The notes under the pieces: generated by a model
Seen by the model: the letters and a program-made list of their open reading frames with translations, nothing else
Database searches by the model: none
Told to the model about the DNA's origin: nothing
Translations under genes and position numbers: made by a program
Shown: positions 47,846 through 61,819 of the stretch, piece by piece
How positions within the stretch are numbered: position 1 is the first letter of the stretch
How the letters are laid out: every line of letters starts with the position of its first letter
Origin: Selaginella moellendorffii
Taxonomy: Eukaryota > Plantae > Lycopodiophyta
Reading direction: 5' to 3'
Assembly: GCF_000143415.4 (NCBI RefSeq)
Contig: NW_003314274.1
Coordinates: 2,710,623-2,774,622, forward strand
Length of the DNA: 64,000 nucleotides

Positions 47846-49839
47846 TTATGCTAAGGCCATGCCCATTCACCTTTGCCATACTAGTGGTCCAATACCAGTT
47901 GCATCACAGTCCCATCTCTCCAAAACTGGGCCGTCTGTCCATGAGTGGTTGTCCTAGATCCACTCCTTAAGATGCCCATAGACATGGGGAACAGTCTTCC
48001 CCAATATCCCTTTTATAGTCCCCACCAAGTCCCTTTTCTGTCTATGGCCGTGTTCACCAACACTGCCATCGGGGCAAGGCCCACAGGCCCGACCACTAAG
48101 TCCCACTATCCTCTAGGACTTCCTCACCACATGACTGTATCATTGGTCACCACACTAGAGGACCACTCCTCTTCCTTTCCATGGTCTGGGACTTTAGGTC
48201 AACATTTCGGAACACTGTGGACCTACACGAGCCTCATGGGTACTCTCCCCACCTTCTGCCTTTGGGTGCTCTAACCATGGGCTTAGAGCAAGGTTCCATT
48301 GAGCCACGCCAGGTATCCAAGTAGGCAGTGCCACCCACACTTGGACTGGGAGCATTAGCCATTCAATCTCCCTAGGCAACTAGAGCCGGCTCTTGAACAC
48401 TTCATCAATCTACCCCGCTTGTCGGTCCATATTCACTCTAGCCTTAGACTTCCTTGTGGTTATCCCATCACCCAACACCTAGGTACAGCCTTCTTGGGCC
48501 AAACTGGCCTTTCCTTGCCAAACTAGCTTCACTAGAGTCCTCCCCCTACTATACTTTTGGAGCTCACCAAACTCCCCAGGGTCTGAAAGATGAATGCTTT
48601 GGGTTTTCACCCTTTCTGACTCGAACTTGGACTCAAACTCGGACTCAGACTCAAGCTTGGGTTTGGTCTTGGCCTCAGCCTCAGTCTCGGTCTTGGTATC
48701 GGTCTTGACTTTAGACTCCATCTCGGATCCTTCTCGAACTCCATCTCAAGTTCCATCTCGAGTCCATCTCGGACTCCATCTCAATCCATCTCGGACTCTA
48801 TCTTAGGTCCATCTCAGACTCTATCTTAGGTCCATCTTGGACTCCATCTCAGTCCATCTCGGACTCCATCTCGGGTCCTTCTTGGACTCCATCTCGGATT
48901 CCATCTCGGGTCCATCTTAGACTCCACCTCAGGTCCATCTCAAATTCCATCTTGGGTCCATCTTGGACTCCATCTCAGTCCATCTCGGACTCCATCTCAG
49001 GTCCATCTCGGACTCCATCTCGGGTCCATCTCGAACTCCATCTCGGTCCATCTCAAACTCCATCTTGGGTCCATCTTGGACTCCATCTCATACTCTTCCA
49101 TGTGTCATGTGTCGGTCCTCTTGTATCTCTTTTCTAGAGACTCACTTATTGCTCGCTTCATGCTTGTTCCTCAAGCACTTCATTGGGAGTTCCACTCCCA
49201 CTCTCAACCTTTCAAGTCATAGCTTTTAGTCCAAATGTGTTATGTTCATTTGGTTTTCGCTTCGGCCACTACCACGTGGCACCCTTTTGGCTCCACTTTG
49301 GGGCTTAGGGATTTGTGTCTCACACTTGGACTCCATTTTGGGCTCCATCTCGGACCCAATCTTGGACTCTTTATAGGACACAATCTCAACAATTCTACAT
49401 GTCATGACACTTGCCATATGTTAGTTATTATTTTGTCCTTTTCTTGGGACTTGATTACCAATCACTTTATGCTTATTTCTTGAGCACTTCTTTAGAAATT
49501 CCACTCCCACTTTTGACTTTTCAAGTCAAAGCTTTTGGTCCAAATATGTTGCACTTGTTAGACTTATGCCTCAGCCATTGCCACATAAAACACCTTCAGC
49601 TCCACTTTGGAACTTAGGGATTTATGTCTTACAACTCCACCACCCATAGATAAAGATCGATATCCTCATTAAACAATAATCTATGTTCTAAAATAACTAT
49701 ATCATGGATTAGTATATTATCTTTTACACCAAACCACTACTCGCCAATGGTTTAACACCAAAGGCTCACCATGCTTTACATATCCTTTAAGGAGTATAGA
49801 ACCTCTAATATAGAAGCTCATTGAATAACTTGTGATTGG
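47846..49839 (-). mobile_element. Nested family A pieces: LTR 47846-49324 inserted in an older 3' LTR (49325-49633) with PPT and internal end
   Basis: LTR-start reverse complements end at 49324 and 49633; ACTCCACCACCCATAG (PPT, reverse) at 49634. Confidence 0.8.
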
Positions 49840-52800
49840 TGTAAGCGACTAATTTTTCCATTCTACTTTAGTCACTTAACCACACCTCCGACCACTTGGA
49901 GGAGTCTCACTCAACCTCCATAAGTCCTATTTTGGACTTGGGCTTGCTAGCCCCGAGAAGGGCATCCCTACCACTCAACCTTTGCACTTGGTCCAAGTAC
50001 TCCACATGTTCGATCCCATGACCGACACCCCAAGGTACCACCGACATATGAGCCCGTTACATTAGGCCACGCTCATTCCCCTTGGTCACATTGGTGGTCT
50101 AACACCACTTGCATTGCAATCCCATCTCTCCAAGACTAGGCCATTCGCCCATGAGTGGTCATCCCAGGTCCACTCCTTAGCATCCTTAGGATGCCCGCAG
50201 ACATGGGGAATAGCTTTCCCCAATATCTCCATTCCAGTCTCCACCAAGTCCCTTTCTACTCATGGCCGTGTTCGCCAACACTGCCACTAGGTTGAGGCCC
50301 ACAAGTCCACCCACCAAGTCCTTCGGTCCTCTGGGACATCCTTAGCACCCAACTGTATCCTTGGTCACTACACCAGAGGACTACTACTCTTCCTTTCCAC
50401 AGTCTGGGACTTTGGGACAACATTTCGGAACACTACGGCCTTACACGAGCCTCGTGGGTACTCTCCCTGCCTTCCGTCTTTGGGTGCTCTAGCCATGGGC
50501 TTAGAGCAAGGTTCCATTGAGCCACACTAGGTATCAAGTAGGTAGTGCCACCCACACTTGGACTAGGAGCATCGGCCAGCCGATCTCCCGGGGGAACTAG
50601 AGCCGGCTCTTGAACACTTCACCAAGCTACCCCGCTTGTCGGTCCGTATTCACTCTAGTCTTGGACTTCCCAGTGGTCAGTTCATCACCCAACACTGGGT
50701 CTGGCCTTTCTGGGCCAAATTGGCCTTTCCTGGCCAAACTGGCTCCACTGCAGTCCTCCCCCTACTATACTTTTGGAGCTCACCAAACCCCCCAGGGTCT
50801 GGGAGACGAACTCTTTGGGCTTTCACCCTCTCAGACTCGAACTCGGACTCGGAATCGAACTCGGACTCGGACTCGAACTCGAACTCGGACTTGGACTCAG
50901 GCTCGGTCTCGGCCTCAGCCTCAGCCTCGGTCTTGGTCCCGGTCTTGACTTCGGACTCCATCTCGGGTCCGAGATCGGTCCCGGTCTCGGTCTCGGTCTC
51001 GGTCTCGACTTCAGACTCCATCTCGAGTCCTTCTCGGACTCCATCTCAGGTTCCATTTCGGGTCCATCTCGGACTCCATCTCGGGTCCATCTCGGACTCC
51101 ATCTCAGGTCCATCTCGAACTCCATCTCAGACTCCATCTCGGGTCCATCTCGGACTCCATCTCGAACACTTCCACGTGTCATGTTTTGGTCCTCTTGTGT
51201 CCCCTTTTCTAGAGACTCACTCATGGCTCACCTCGTGCTTGTTCCTCGAGCACTTCGTTGGGAGTTCCACTCCCACTCTTGACTTTTTCAAGTTGGAGCT
51301 TTTAGTCCAAACGTGTGACGCTCGTTTGGCTTTCGCTTTGGCCACTACCACATGGCACCCTTTTGGCTCCACTTTGGGGCCTAGGGATTTTGTCTCTCAC
51401 AACTCCACCACCCATAGACGAACTTTGATGTCCTCATCGAACGGTAAACCCTTTTATAAAGTAATACCCGTATGTATTACCACTTCCATCCTTGGCACCC
51501 AACCAATATTTGTCTATGGTTTGACACTGAAGACTCACCATGCCTTGTCCATCCTCTAAGGAGCATAGCCTCTCCAACTTAGAGCCTCATTCAACCACTT
51601 GTGGTGGTTCTCTCCTTTTATTGGTTTAGTTCTCACTAAATGGGTTAGAGACACCGTCTCTATTTCAACCCCACTACCCCTTCTCGAGTAGTCTCAATTT
51701 CCACTGATATAACCTTTGCACTTTGGAACCTTTATTTTTGACTTCTCAAAGTCAATTTCCTAGGTGTCTCCGACACCCTGCATTGTACATATTGTGCAAC
51801 TCCACTTCCCCATCCTAGAAACTTCTCTACTTAAGGGCACCATCATCCTTTCTTATATTTTGTGCCACCTTGGGCACTAAGTTCCAGTTATCATACTTTG
51901 TGCTAAAGCTGTCCAAGGCTCTATCATTTGGCTACTTTGCCACTCCTTCCTTGGAGCTTTCACCTTTGCCAACTTGGAGCATTTGGGAATCCATCTTTGG
52001 AAGCACACTTCCTTTCTCACCATCCATTACCATCTAACACCTTAGTGTTCCATGCCTAACTTTGCCATTTGGGTTCCCTCCAATGAACTCCATGGCCCAT
52101 ACTTGGCCACTAGTCTTTTGTTCCTATCCTTGATTGTTGTACTTAGCAACATATGATTGCTACCTCCATTCTTGAGGTATCCTTTCAGTTCCATAGCAAA
52201 CACTTTGCTTTGCCAAGTCCAAGGGGTGTTCACCCGTAGTACGTCTCTTTAACATTTTCTGCTATGGGCTCTATCCATGGCCCAACTTTGAGACCTTCCC
52301 ATGGATCTCTTATAGAGACTACTTTCCTCGGACTTACTATGCCATCGCATTGACATAGCTCATTTCCCATAGGTGTTCTTCCCACTTGGTCACCTTGACC
52401 AAGTCCCCACCATCATCAACAATTCCAATCAACATTTTGAACTAGGAACCTTATTCCTTAACTTCACAAGAACCTTGTCCTTGCTTAGCTATAAGACCAC
52501 CTAGTGATCTAACCTTAGCACCTTACCAGGTTTGCCAATAGGTACTAGGTCTTCCAGACCTTTAAGTTGTTCACCATAACCCCGGGGGCATCCCCCACAC
52601 CTGGCGGTGCACCCAAGCTAGCCCTCAATGCCAAGGGTCCATGGCAACTAAGATTAGGTGTCCCCATCTCACTCACCACATCCTTGGTGCCACTTGCACC
52701 AAAGCGTTCAAGTTAGATATGCCGAGCTTTCACCCTAAGCAATCTAACCGTGCATCACGACTCCAAGGCATCCCTCGCTTGGCGGTATGCCCAAACCAGT

Positions 52801-53160
52801 CTCCTCACTGAGAGTCCATGACCACCGAAATATGAATGTCCTCATATTCCAAACCGTCACCATGCCCTAGTGATTTGGGACTCAAACCCAAGCACTAGAG
52901 GGTTGGGACTCGAACCCAACCTCTATATATGCATCTACGGATAGCATCACCCTAGATGCCTAGCGTGACTCCCCACACTGGTGCACCAACATATACTTAA
53001 AGCGCGCTATAGATCACAGCTTAGGAACCTAGTTCTTCCGCACTACCAAGTCCTCTCACTTGACAAGTCTGTGATCATGCATGGACTCCCCCATGCTCGG
53101 CCCCATGGGCCACCCCTTTGAAGTTAGCACCTTCAACTAGGGGATTTGTTCCCTTAACTA
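49840..53160 (-). mobile_element. Family A element 3' part: 3' LTR 49840-51401, PPT 51402-51415, internal truncated near 53160
   Basis: TGTAAGCGACT...TCTCTCACA; reverse homology to 59790-63528. Confidence 0.9.
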
Positions 53161-53549
53161 AGCTCTATTTCGTTAAAGTGGGAATTGTCATTATCCTACT
53201 TGTAAAATAAGGTTTCCAAACCTTTATATAGTATATAAATATAACAAAATTCAACTGCATTGAGGCACATGCCATTTTATTTTAAACAAGGAAATGTCTA
53301 CTCAATCACTTCTCCTCCCCCTGCCACTGCTTCACCTCTCTCTTCTCCTTGTCATCGTCATCCAATTTCTTTCCATCCTTTTAATATTGGCTCAATTGCT
53401 CCGAGTTTAGGTGGAACCCAAGTCCCCATTCAATCTTTACTTTCCCCTTATTAATAAAACAACTTTGTAGACTTCCAATACTTCCAATAAAATGCTGTAA
53501 CACTTCTAGTATAATGCAAATCCTCTCAAAGAATTGTCTTTTAATATTA

Positions 53550-55474
53550 ATACAATGGCATGGAACCCCATGCTCATCTCCGCGGGAAACGATGCTCCTC
53601 CACCTTTGATCCTCATCCAAATTCACGTATACCCGGTAAGGTTCTCGATAGGCCTCTGCTGCGGGGTCGAGCTATTTCTGAAGCCGGCAGTCGACATCCC
53701 TCTTAATGAAATTTCAATACTGATCCAACTTCTCAGCTTTACTTTTCGTGGCATCCCGCAGCAAATCGATGAACTTGGGGGCCCCCTTCACGTACTCGTC
53801 GATGTCTTCATTTGACAACTCCAGCTCTTCCATCATCTCTTACGTGGTGTCGATGCTCACCCTCTCCACGGCCACTTGCTCGAAGATCCAATCCTTCAAT
53901 AGCGCACAAGCTCTCAGAGTCGTGCACAAGTCCTCGTATGTCACAATATGGTCGGGAGTCATTTTGGTCTTGTTGAAGACTACCTCACCACGTAGAAAAG
54001 CATTAGCCACTGTCAGAAGGTCGTCGTCGTCTAGAGACCGCGAGAAACGCAAGGCGTTGAGTTTCAAATCATTGGGCTTCCGGCCGTCCTCCACACCCAT
54101 TGAGTTTAACAACTCCCCGTCATGGTACCTCGTCAGCACATCTACCCATTTGTCAAAAACAACTTTTGTCGTGAGTAGAATGTTATGGATGCTGAGTGTG
54201 TCATTGACCCCCAGTGTTTTCGAGAGAAGACTCGAGAATTCCTGCAATGGAAATGGCGTGAGGCCACATGCTATGCCACATGCAACGAGGCTTACCTGCC
54301 AAGCGCTAGTTGCTAGTGCACGTCCTTGTCCTGGTTTTTGTGGCTTCTTCAGTTGAACCCAGAGCTTCCGTGTTCGTGCCAATGTCTCGTGCAGACTCGA
54401 TTTGTAGCACGTTTCTTGCTTGACATTCTGCGCATGGGAGATGTATATGATAGATCGGAGGGGCAAGTTGCCTTTTATCAGGCGGACAACTCTTGTCTTG
54501 AAGACTTTCTTCACCTCCTCGCCCACCATAATATCCACAACTATCTCTTGCATCGCCAAGCTAGAATGCTGCCCGGAGACGGCATAGAACCGGATGTTCT
54601 GATCGTCCAACACCTTCTTATTGATCAAGTCTGGAAACCTCATCTCGCCCTTCATTGTTCGGTAGTAGGGGATCACGTTTGCGATGTCGGGTGTTACTGG
54701 ACTTGCCAGCATCTTCTGCTTTAGTTTCTCCACCCACTCATCAGATACTAGCCTGTGGTTGTATTTGCTTTGGATGTCGATGTGGCTCACATCGATTGTA
54801 TATACTTTATTGGAATAGTAACAAGTACTATTATCTGCGACGATTTTTGCTACCTCTTCTTGCTCTTTCTGCTCTTTGCGGCTCTTCTTTTTGGTGGGTG
54901 TAGTATTCGAACCCGAGGCAATGGCATCACCGAGTAGCTTCTTTTTTGGAGCAGGAGAGTCGGACGTCGGCTTGAGCTTGACCACCCTTTTCTGCTTTGG
55001 GGTATTTTCCAGATTGACCCCCTTCCCCTTCGCTTCGCGAACTGGAGTCACTCTCAATGGCTCAATGTTGGAATATAGTTTTTGAACATCACCATAGGTG
55101 AGGTCCGTGGATTCCATGTCATCTTCATAGACCCGCAGCGTCTTTGAAATTGTGGGCCTCCTGGACAACCTCTCCCTAGCTCCCTCTAGGAATTCCTCAT
55201 AGCCGCTGCCCCCCTCCGGGAAGCCGCTAGGATGTGCAAGGTGGATCTTGAAGGCGGACGCTGTCTCTATCACAAGTGGCAGTCCATATTCTTGCATGGA
55301 ACTGCATGGAGTGTCTGTCACTTGGATGAGGATCCCCATGCATTCTTTTCTCCCACCATATGTGTTGTACAGCCTCAGATCCTCGCCTTCTATCCTGAAA
55401 GTCCAACTGGTGAGCTCCTCCCCCTTCTCTGCATCCACATTGACAGTGGCTGGAAGAAGAATGCAATTCCTCGC
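53550..55474 (-). pseudogene. Decayed gene with a ParB/Srx-like domain, probably transposon-borne
   Basis: ORF 53840-55495 has YTIDVSHIDI..YNHRLVSDEWVEKLKQKML..FYAVSGQHSSLA. The frame continues past TAA/TGA/TAG stops to about 53550. Acceptor TTTCTGAACAG at about 55475; possible 54-nt GT-AG intron at 54242-54295. Confidence 0.6.
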
Positions 55475-55769
55475 CTGTTCAGAAATGCACAACAATTAGA
55501 GCTGACAGATGAAAAGCTAGCAGCTGGAAATAACGTGAGTGTGAGACACAAAATCCCTAGGCCCCAAAGTGGAGCCGGAAGGGCGCCACATGGTAGTGGC
55601 CGAAGCGAGAGCCAAAAGAGCGTAACACGTTTGGACCAAAAGCTCCGACTTGAAAAGTCAAGAGCGGGAGTGGAACTCCCAACGAAGTGCTCGAGGAACG
55701 AGCACGAAGCGAGCAAAAGGCAAGGCTCCAAAAAGGGACCCAAAAGGACCAACACATGACACGTGGGAG

Positions 55770-56490
55770 TGTCCGAAATGGACTCGAGTTGGAGTCCGAA
55801 GTGGAGTCCGAGATGGACTCGAGTTGGAGTCCGAAGTGGAGTCCGAGATGGACTCGAGTTTGAGTCCGAAGTGGAGTCCGAGATGGACCCGAGTTGGAGT
55901 CCGAAGTGGAGTCCGAGGTGGACCCGAGATGGACCCGAGTTGGAGTCCGAAGTGGAGTCCGAGATGGAGTCCGAGATGGAGTCCGAGATGGAGTCCGAGG
56001 TGGACCCGAGATGGACCCGAGTTGGAGTCCGAAGTGGAGTCCGAGATGGACCCGAGATGGAGTCCGAGATGGGACCCGAGATGGAGTCCGAGGTGGACCC
56101 GAGATGGACCCGAGTTGGAGTCCGAAGTGGAGTCCGAGATGGACCCGAGATGGAGTCCGAGATGGAGTCCGAGGTGGACCCGAGATGGACCCGAAATGGA
56201 GTCCGAGATGGAGTCCGAGATGGACCCGAGATGGAGTCCGAGATGGAGTCCGAGATGGAGTCCGAGATGGACCCGAGATGGACCCGAGATGGAGTCCGAG
56301 ATGGAGTCCGAGATGGAGTCCGAGATGGAGTCCGAAGTCGAGACCGAGACCGAGAAGGGCCAGAGCCCCGAGATCGGGACCGAGACCGAGACCGAGGCCG
56401 AGGCCGAGACCGAGCCCGAGCCTGAGTCCGAGTCCGAATCCGAGTCCGAGTCCGAGTCCGAGTCCGAGTCCGAGTCCGAGTCCGAGTCCG
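55770..56490 (+). repeat. LTR-internal tandem array (GGAGTCCGAGAT / GGACCCGAGAT 11-12-mers, then GAGACC / GAGTCC hexamers)
   Basis: Directly visible; present in the family A LTR copies that retain this region, with a related array in LTR C. Confidence 0.95.
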
Positions 56491-59400
56491 GAGCCTGAGA
56501 GGGTGAAAGCCCAAAGCGTTCGTCTCCCAGACCCTGGGGGGTTTGGTGAGCCCCAAAAGTATAGTAGGGGGAGGACTGCAGTGGAGCCAGTTTGGCCAGG
56601 AAAGGCCAGTTTGGCCCAGGAAGGCCCGACCCAGTGTTGGGTGATGAGCTGCCCACTGGGAAGTCCAAGACTAGAGTGAACACAGACCGACAAGCGGGGT
56701 AGCTTGGTGAAGTGTTCAAGAGCCGGCTCTAGTTCCCCCGGGAGATCGACTGGCCGATGCTCCCAATCCAAGTGTGGGTGGCACTACCTACTTGGATACC
56801 TGGTGTGGCTCAACGGAACCCGCTCTAAGCCCATGGCTAGAGCACCCAAGGGTAGAAGGCGAGGAGAGTACCCAGGTGGCTCGCGTAAGGCCACGGTGTT
56901 CCGAAATGTTGTCCCAAAGGCCCAGACTGTGGAAAGGAAGAGGAGCAGTCCTCTGGGGTAGTGACCAAGGACACAGTCGTGTGGTGAGGAAGTCCTAGAG
57001 GACCGTGGGACTTAGTGGTCGGGCCTGTGGGTCTCGGTCCTGTGGCAGTGTTGGCAAACACGGCCAGGGGCAGAAAGGGACTTAGTGGGGACTGACAGAG
57101 GGATATTGGGGAAGGCTATTCCCCTTGTCGGTGGGCATCCTAAGGATGCTAAGGAGTGGATCTGAGATGACCACTCACGGATGGTTTGCCTAGTCTTGGG
57201 GAGCCAAGACTGTGATGCAAGTGGTATTGGACTACCAGTGTGGCAAAGGTGATTGGGCATGGCCTTAGCGTAACGGGCTGCTATGTCGGTGGTACCTTTG
57301 AGTGTCGGTCATGGGATCGGACACGTGGAGCACTTGGACCAAGTGCAAATGTTGAGTGGCATGGATGCCATTCTCGGGGCTAGCAAGTCCCAAGTCCTGG
57401 ATTGGACTTATGGAGGTTGTGAATGAGACTCCTCCAAGTGGTCGGAGGTGTGGTTAAGTGACTAAAGTAGAATGGAAAATTTAGTCGCTTACAATTTGGT
57501 ATCGGAGCTGTTCCTTAGTCCAACTTTTATTGGTGCTCAAGTATATCACCACTAGTGTTGGCATCGGAAGGTCTAAGGAGTGGGTCTATCCTTGAGGAGT
57601 AGCAAGTCGGGAAGACATGGCTCTCCATTATAGTTCATGTGTGAACTTGTAGACGAGGGTGGATAGAAAAGTGCCAATAATGGAACGACTTTGGGATCTT
57701 GGGAACAGTGCAAGGTTTTCCTCATTGAGTTGAGGATGTGATCCGGATGAGCATTTGTCTCAGCAAATTGGCTAAGGTTGTTGTGGTAAACAACCAAAGT
57801 TGGGATCACGGGAAAGATAGAGACTCCAAAACAATAAAGGAGTCACAAGATTATCCTCATATAGTTGAGGTTGGTGCTCATGAATGTGAGACCAAAGGTA
57901 ATGACCGTGGAAGGTCAAATACGGAAGAGGACTCAAGTCCTTGAAATGGTAGCCGGGGCTACCTCTAATAAATGCTGGAACAACCCAAGGAGTTGGGGGT
58001 GTATTGAGTGGATGAGTTGGTATTCTCATCACATGGACAAGTAGTCCTAAGGGGCAAAGGTTGCCCCCAGAGAACAAAATCAAGTGTCGGAGTAACACTT
58101 GTGAAAATAGTCCTTTTGAGTAGGACAGGAATGCAAGAAGTGTATTCCAGTGAGCTAGTGCCTCACAAGTAGGACCTTATGGGTCTGTGGATTAACCAAG
58201 TCCAAAATTGCTGGATGACTCAAGTAGAGTCAACGGATGGTCCTAAAAGGACTGATGGAAGCATTTGGACTGAGGTGTGTTGTACCCCACAAAGGATGGG
58301 GGGGGGGATCATAGGATCCAAGGATGAGAACAGAGGGTATCTCATCAATGGCAAAATAGGCCATGCTAAAGTTATGGGAAAGGTGTTCCCAGAAGAAAAC
58401 AACTCTGACATAAAGTTGTGTGTGACCTCTATGGTGCAGTGCTAACGGATGGTTGGCATGAGAAAGAGCGGTGTTGGTCTTGGCAAAGACTTAGACACGA
58501 AGGGGAAATGTCATAGAGGTAGGCTCGTGGAGCCGATGGTGTGGAGACACCAAATGTGCCAAGGTGTGATACCTTGAGGCTATGTTGGTGGGTTCATGAG
58601 AACCCCTTGCCAAAGGAATCCCAATGGAAATGGGAATAGCATAGCCTAAGCTGCAGAGCATGCAGTTGGAGTGTGGTGACCCAGATAATGATGGAAGTGT
58701 GAAAGCACCAAGCAATGAGTTGTAGGACTTGACAACTATGAGGCAACTAAGCAAGAGGTGCAAAATAACTGGTTAAACGGGTAGAAGGTAGCTACCCAAG
58801 ACTTCTTAATAGCATAAGGAAGTTGGATATACCCTTACGGGGGATAAGTTGCTTGTGTTGCGATATAGTAAGTCAATGTCATAAAAGGAAATACTCATTG
58901 TCAAGAAAGCCATCATTGGGACACCCGGACACTCTAGAACACCAGAAGGTGGTGTTTGATGTCGCGAGGGCAATGGATAAAGCCCAAGGGACTAAGTCCC
59001 TAGCGAATGATGGATAGAAGGTGCTATCCAAATGTCCAAGGTTGCGGAGACAGGAGAGGACTGTCTACCCGAATTGGACAAAGCCAAAAATGGAATTTTG
59101 GCAAGGCTAGTGATGGGCATGTAAAGGCCCATAAGCAACAATGTAATCCCAGTGTGTGGGATTATAAGGTGAGCATACCCGGATTGAGGAACCACTCCCT
59201 AGGCTATTGGGTAGGTCCATCCCTAAGAATACTTGCTAAAGCAGGACAGAAAGTGCAAAGCTATCCTCCTGGTCTGGAGGAGAATGACCGAAGGAAAGGT
59301 GTGAAGCCAAAAGCAAGTAGTATTGGGATGGAATTGAACCATAGAAATCAAAGGGCATATCCGACAGTGGTTATGAAAGTTGGGAGTGGAGAATCAAGAG

Positions 59401-59994
59401 GGTGCTCGAGGATGTTGTTGCTAGCAACCGTGATGCCATGGAGAGTCTAAAATATGGAATTGTCCATGTTAGACTATATGGCAATTATAAAGCTTGCGAA
59501 AGGGGAGGCCTTAGCAAGCTGAGGGACAGAGTTCCTTCAAGGTTCCCAAAGACGATTCTAGGTAGCGTAGTACCTAGAAAGGCCAAGTGTAAATGGTTCA
59601 TGGAAAGCGCGAAATCAGAGTGGTGCAGCAGAAGTGTGGTCTTGAAGCTTGCCATGAGGCAAGGTTATCAAGGTTAGGGAAGTAGTTCCCGAGTGTTCAA
59701 AGAGAGGGCTTTCAACGAAAGTCGATGGTCAAGGACTTTCACGCTTATGCAGGAACCATGTTACAATGGTCGGAGGACTTGCCAAGTGAGATTGGCACGT
59801 CGGGGGAACAAAGACCCTAGTTGAAGGTGATAACTTCAAAAAGGGTGGGCCATGGGGCCGAGCATGGAGGAGTCCATGCATGATCACAGACATGTCAAGT
59901 GAGAGGACTTGGCAGTGTGGAGGAACTAGGTTCCTAAGCTGTGATCTGTAGAGCGCTTTAAAAATAGGTTGGTGCACCGGCGTGGGGAGTCATG

Positions 59995-60390
59995 CCAGGC
60001 ATCTAGTGTGATGCCGTCCGTAGATGCATATACGGAGGTTGGGTTCGAGTCCCGACCCTCTAGTGCTTGGGTTCGAGTCCCAAATCACTAGGGCGTGGTG
60101 ATGGTTTGGAATATGAGGACACTCATATTTCGGTGGTCATGGACTCTCAGTGGGGAGACTGGTTTGGGCACACCGCCAAGCGAGGGATGCCTCGGAGTCG
60201 TGATGCACGGTTAGATTGCTTAGTGTGAAAGCTCAGCATATCTAACTTGAACACTTTGGTGCAAGTGGCACCAAGGTCGTGGTGAGTGAGATGGGGACAC
60301 CTAATCTCAGTTGCTATGAACCCTTGGCCGTAAGGGCTAGCTTGGGTGCACCGCCAAGTGTGGGGGATGCCCCCGGGGTTATAGTCAACA
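59995..60390 (+). other. Conserved hairpin array homologous to the chromovirus 3' UTR
   Basis: GGTTGGG-TTCGAGT-CCCGACC (60037-60057), CTAGTGCTTGGG-TTCGAGT-CCCAAATCACTAG (60060-60091), AATATGAG-gaca-CTCATATT; further copies at about 46780-47160 and 52570-52970. Confidence 0.75.
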
Positions 60391-61819
60391 ACTTGGAGGT
60401 CTAGAAGACCAAGTACCTCTTGGCAACTCTGTTAAGGTGCCAAGGTGAGATCACTAGGTGATCTTATGGCCAGATAAGGACAAGGTCCTTGGTTGGCTAA
60501 GGAATGAAATTCCTGGTTCAAAATGTTGAAATTGAACTGTTTAAGGTGGTGTGGCTTGGTCGTGATAACCAAGTGGGAAGAGCACCTAAGGGAAATAAAC
60601 TATGTCCGTGCGATGGCATAGTGAGTCCGAGGAAAGTAGTCTCTATAAAAGACCCATGGGAGGGTCACGAAGTTGGGCCGTGGATAGAGCCCATAGCAGA
60701 AGATGCTAAAGAGACGTACTAGGGGTGAACATCCTCCGGACTTGGCAAAGAAGAGTCTTTGCTATGGAACCGAAACAATACCTCAAGGAGGGAGGTAGAG
60801 ATTCGATGTTGCTTGGTGCAACAATCAACGGATAGGAGCAAAAGATGAATGGCCAAGATAGGGCCGTGGAATCCCTTGGAAGGAATCCAAGTGACAAAGT
60901 TAGGCGAGGAACACTAATGTGTTGGACGCTAACAAGTTGCGGGAAAGGAAGTGTGTTTCCAAGGAGGGATTCCGAATTGCTCCGATTTGGCAAAAGTGGA
61001 AGCTCCAAGGGAGGGAGCGGTAAGGTAGCCAAATGATAGGGCCATGAACAGCCCTAGCACAAAGTATGATAACTGGAACTTTGGCACGAAATAGAAGAGA
61101 GGATGATGGTGCCCTCAAGTAGAGAACTTCCTAGGATGGGAAGTGGAGTTGCACAAAAGGTGCAAGGCAAGGTGTCGGAGACACCTAGGAAATTGACTCC
61201 AAGAAGTCAAAATTCAAAGTTCCAAAGTGCAAAGGTTATATCGATGGAAATTGAGACTACTCGAGAAGGAGTAGTGGGTTTGATTTAGAGAAGGGTCTCT
61301 AAGAGGTTTAGCGAGAACTAAACCAATAAAAGGAGAGAACCAATCCTTGTGGTCCAATCAGTCTCTAAGTTGGGGAGACTACCCTCCTTAGAGGATAGGC
61401 AAGGCATGGTGAGCCTTTGGTGTCAAACCATTGAGGCATATGCAAAAGGCATGGTGAGCCTTCAATGTCAAACCATTGACAAATATTGGCTAGGTGCCAA
61501 GGATGGAAATGGTAACACATACGGGTGTTACTTTACAAAATGGTTTACCGTTCGATGAGGACATCAAACTTCGTCTATGGGTGGTGGAGTTGTGAGACAC
61601 AAAATCCCTAGGCCCCAAAGTGGAGCCGGAAGGGCGCCACATGGTAGTGGCCGAAGCGAGAGCCAAAAGAGCGTAACACGTTTGGACCAAAAGCTCCGAC
61701 TTGAAAAGTCAAGAGCGGGAGTGGAACTCCCAACGAAGTGCTCGAGGAACGAGCACGAAGCGAGCAAAAGGCAAGGCTCCAAAAAGGGACCCAAAAGGAC
61801 CAACACATGACACGTGGGA

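Noticed and set aside
55770-56490. CRISPR-like repeat array
   Set aside because: Contiguous tandem units with no unique spacers and no cas genes, in a eukaryotic LTR.
56638-56666. 5S-like words TGGGTGA..CTGGGAAGTCC in family A LTRs
   Set aside because: Two short words with wrong spacing and no A box; not distinguishable from chance without an alignment.
55390-56771. Long overlapping ORFs (up to 404 aa) in all frames, also at 1055-1806, 2882-3653, 41557-42215, 50610-51559 and 61564-62806
   Set aside because: Translations of stop-free 6/12-bp LTR tandem repeats (SDS, LGL, PSRT, MESE runs); open on both strands and not conserved in length.
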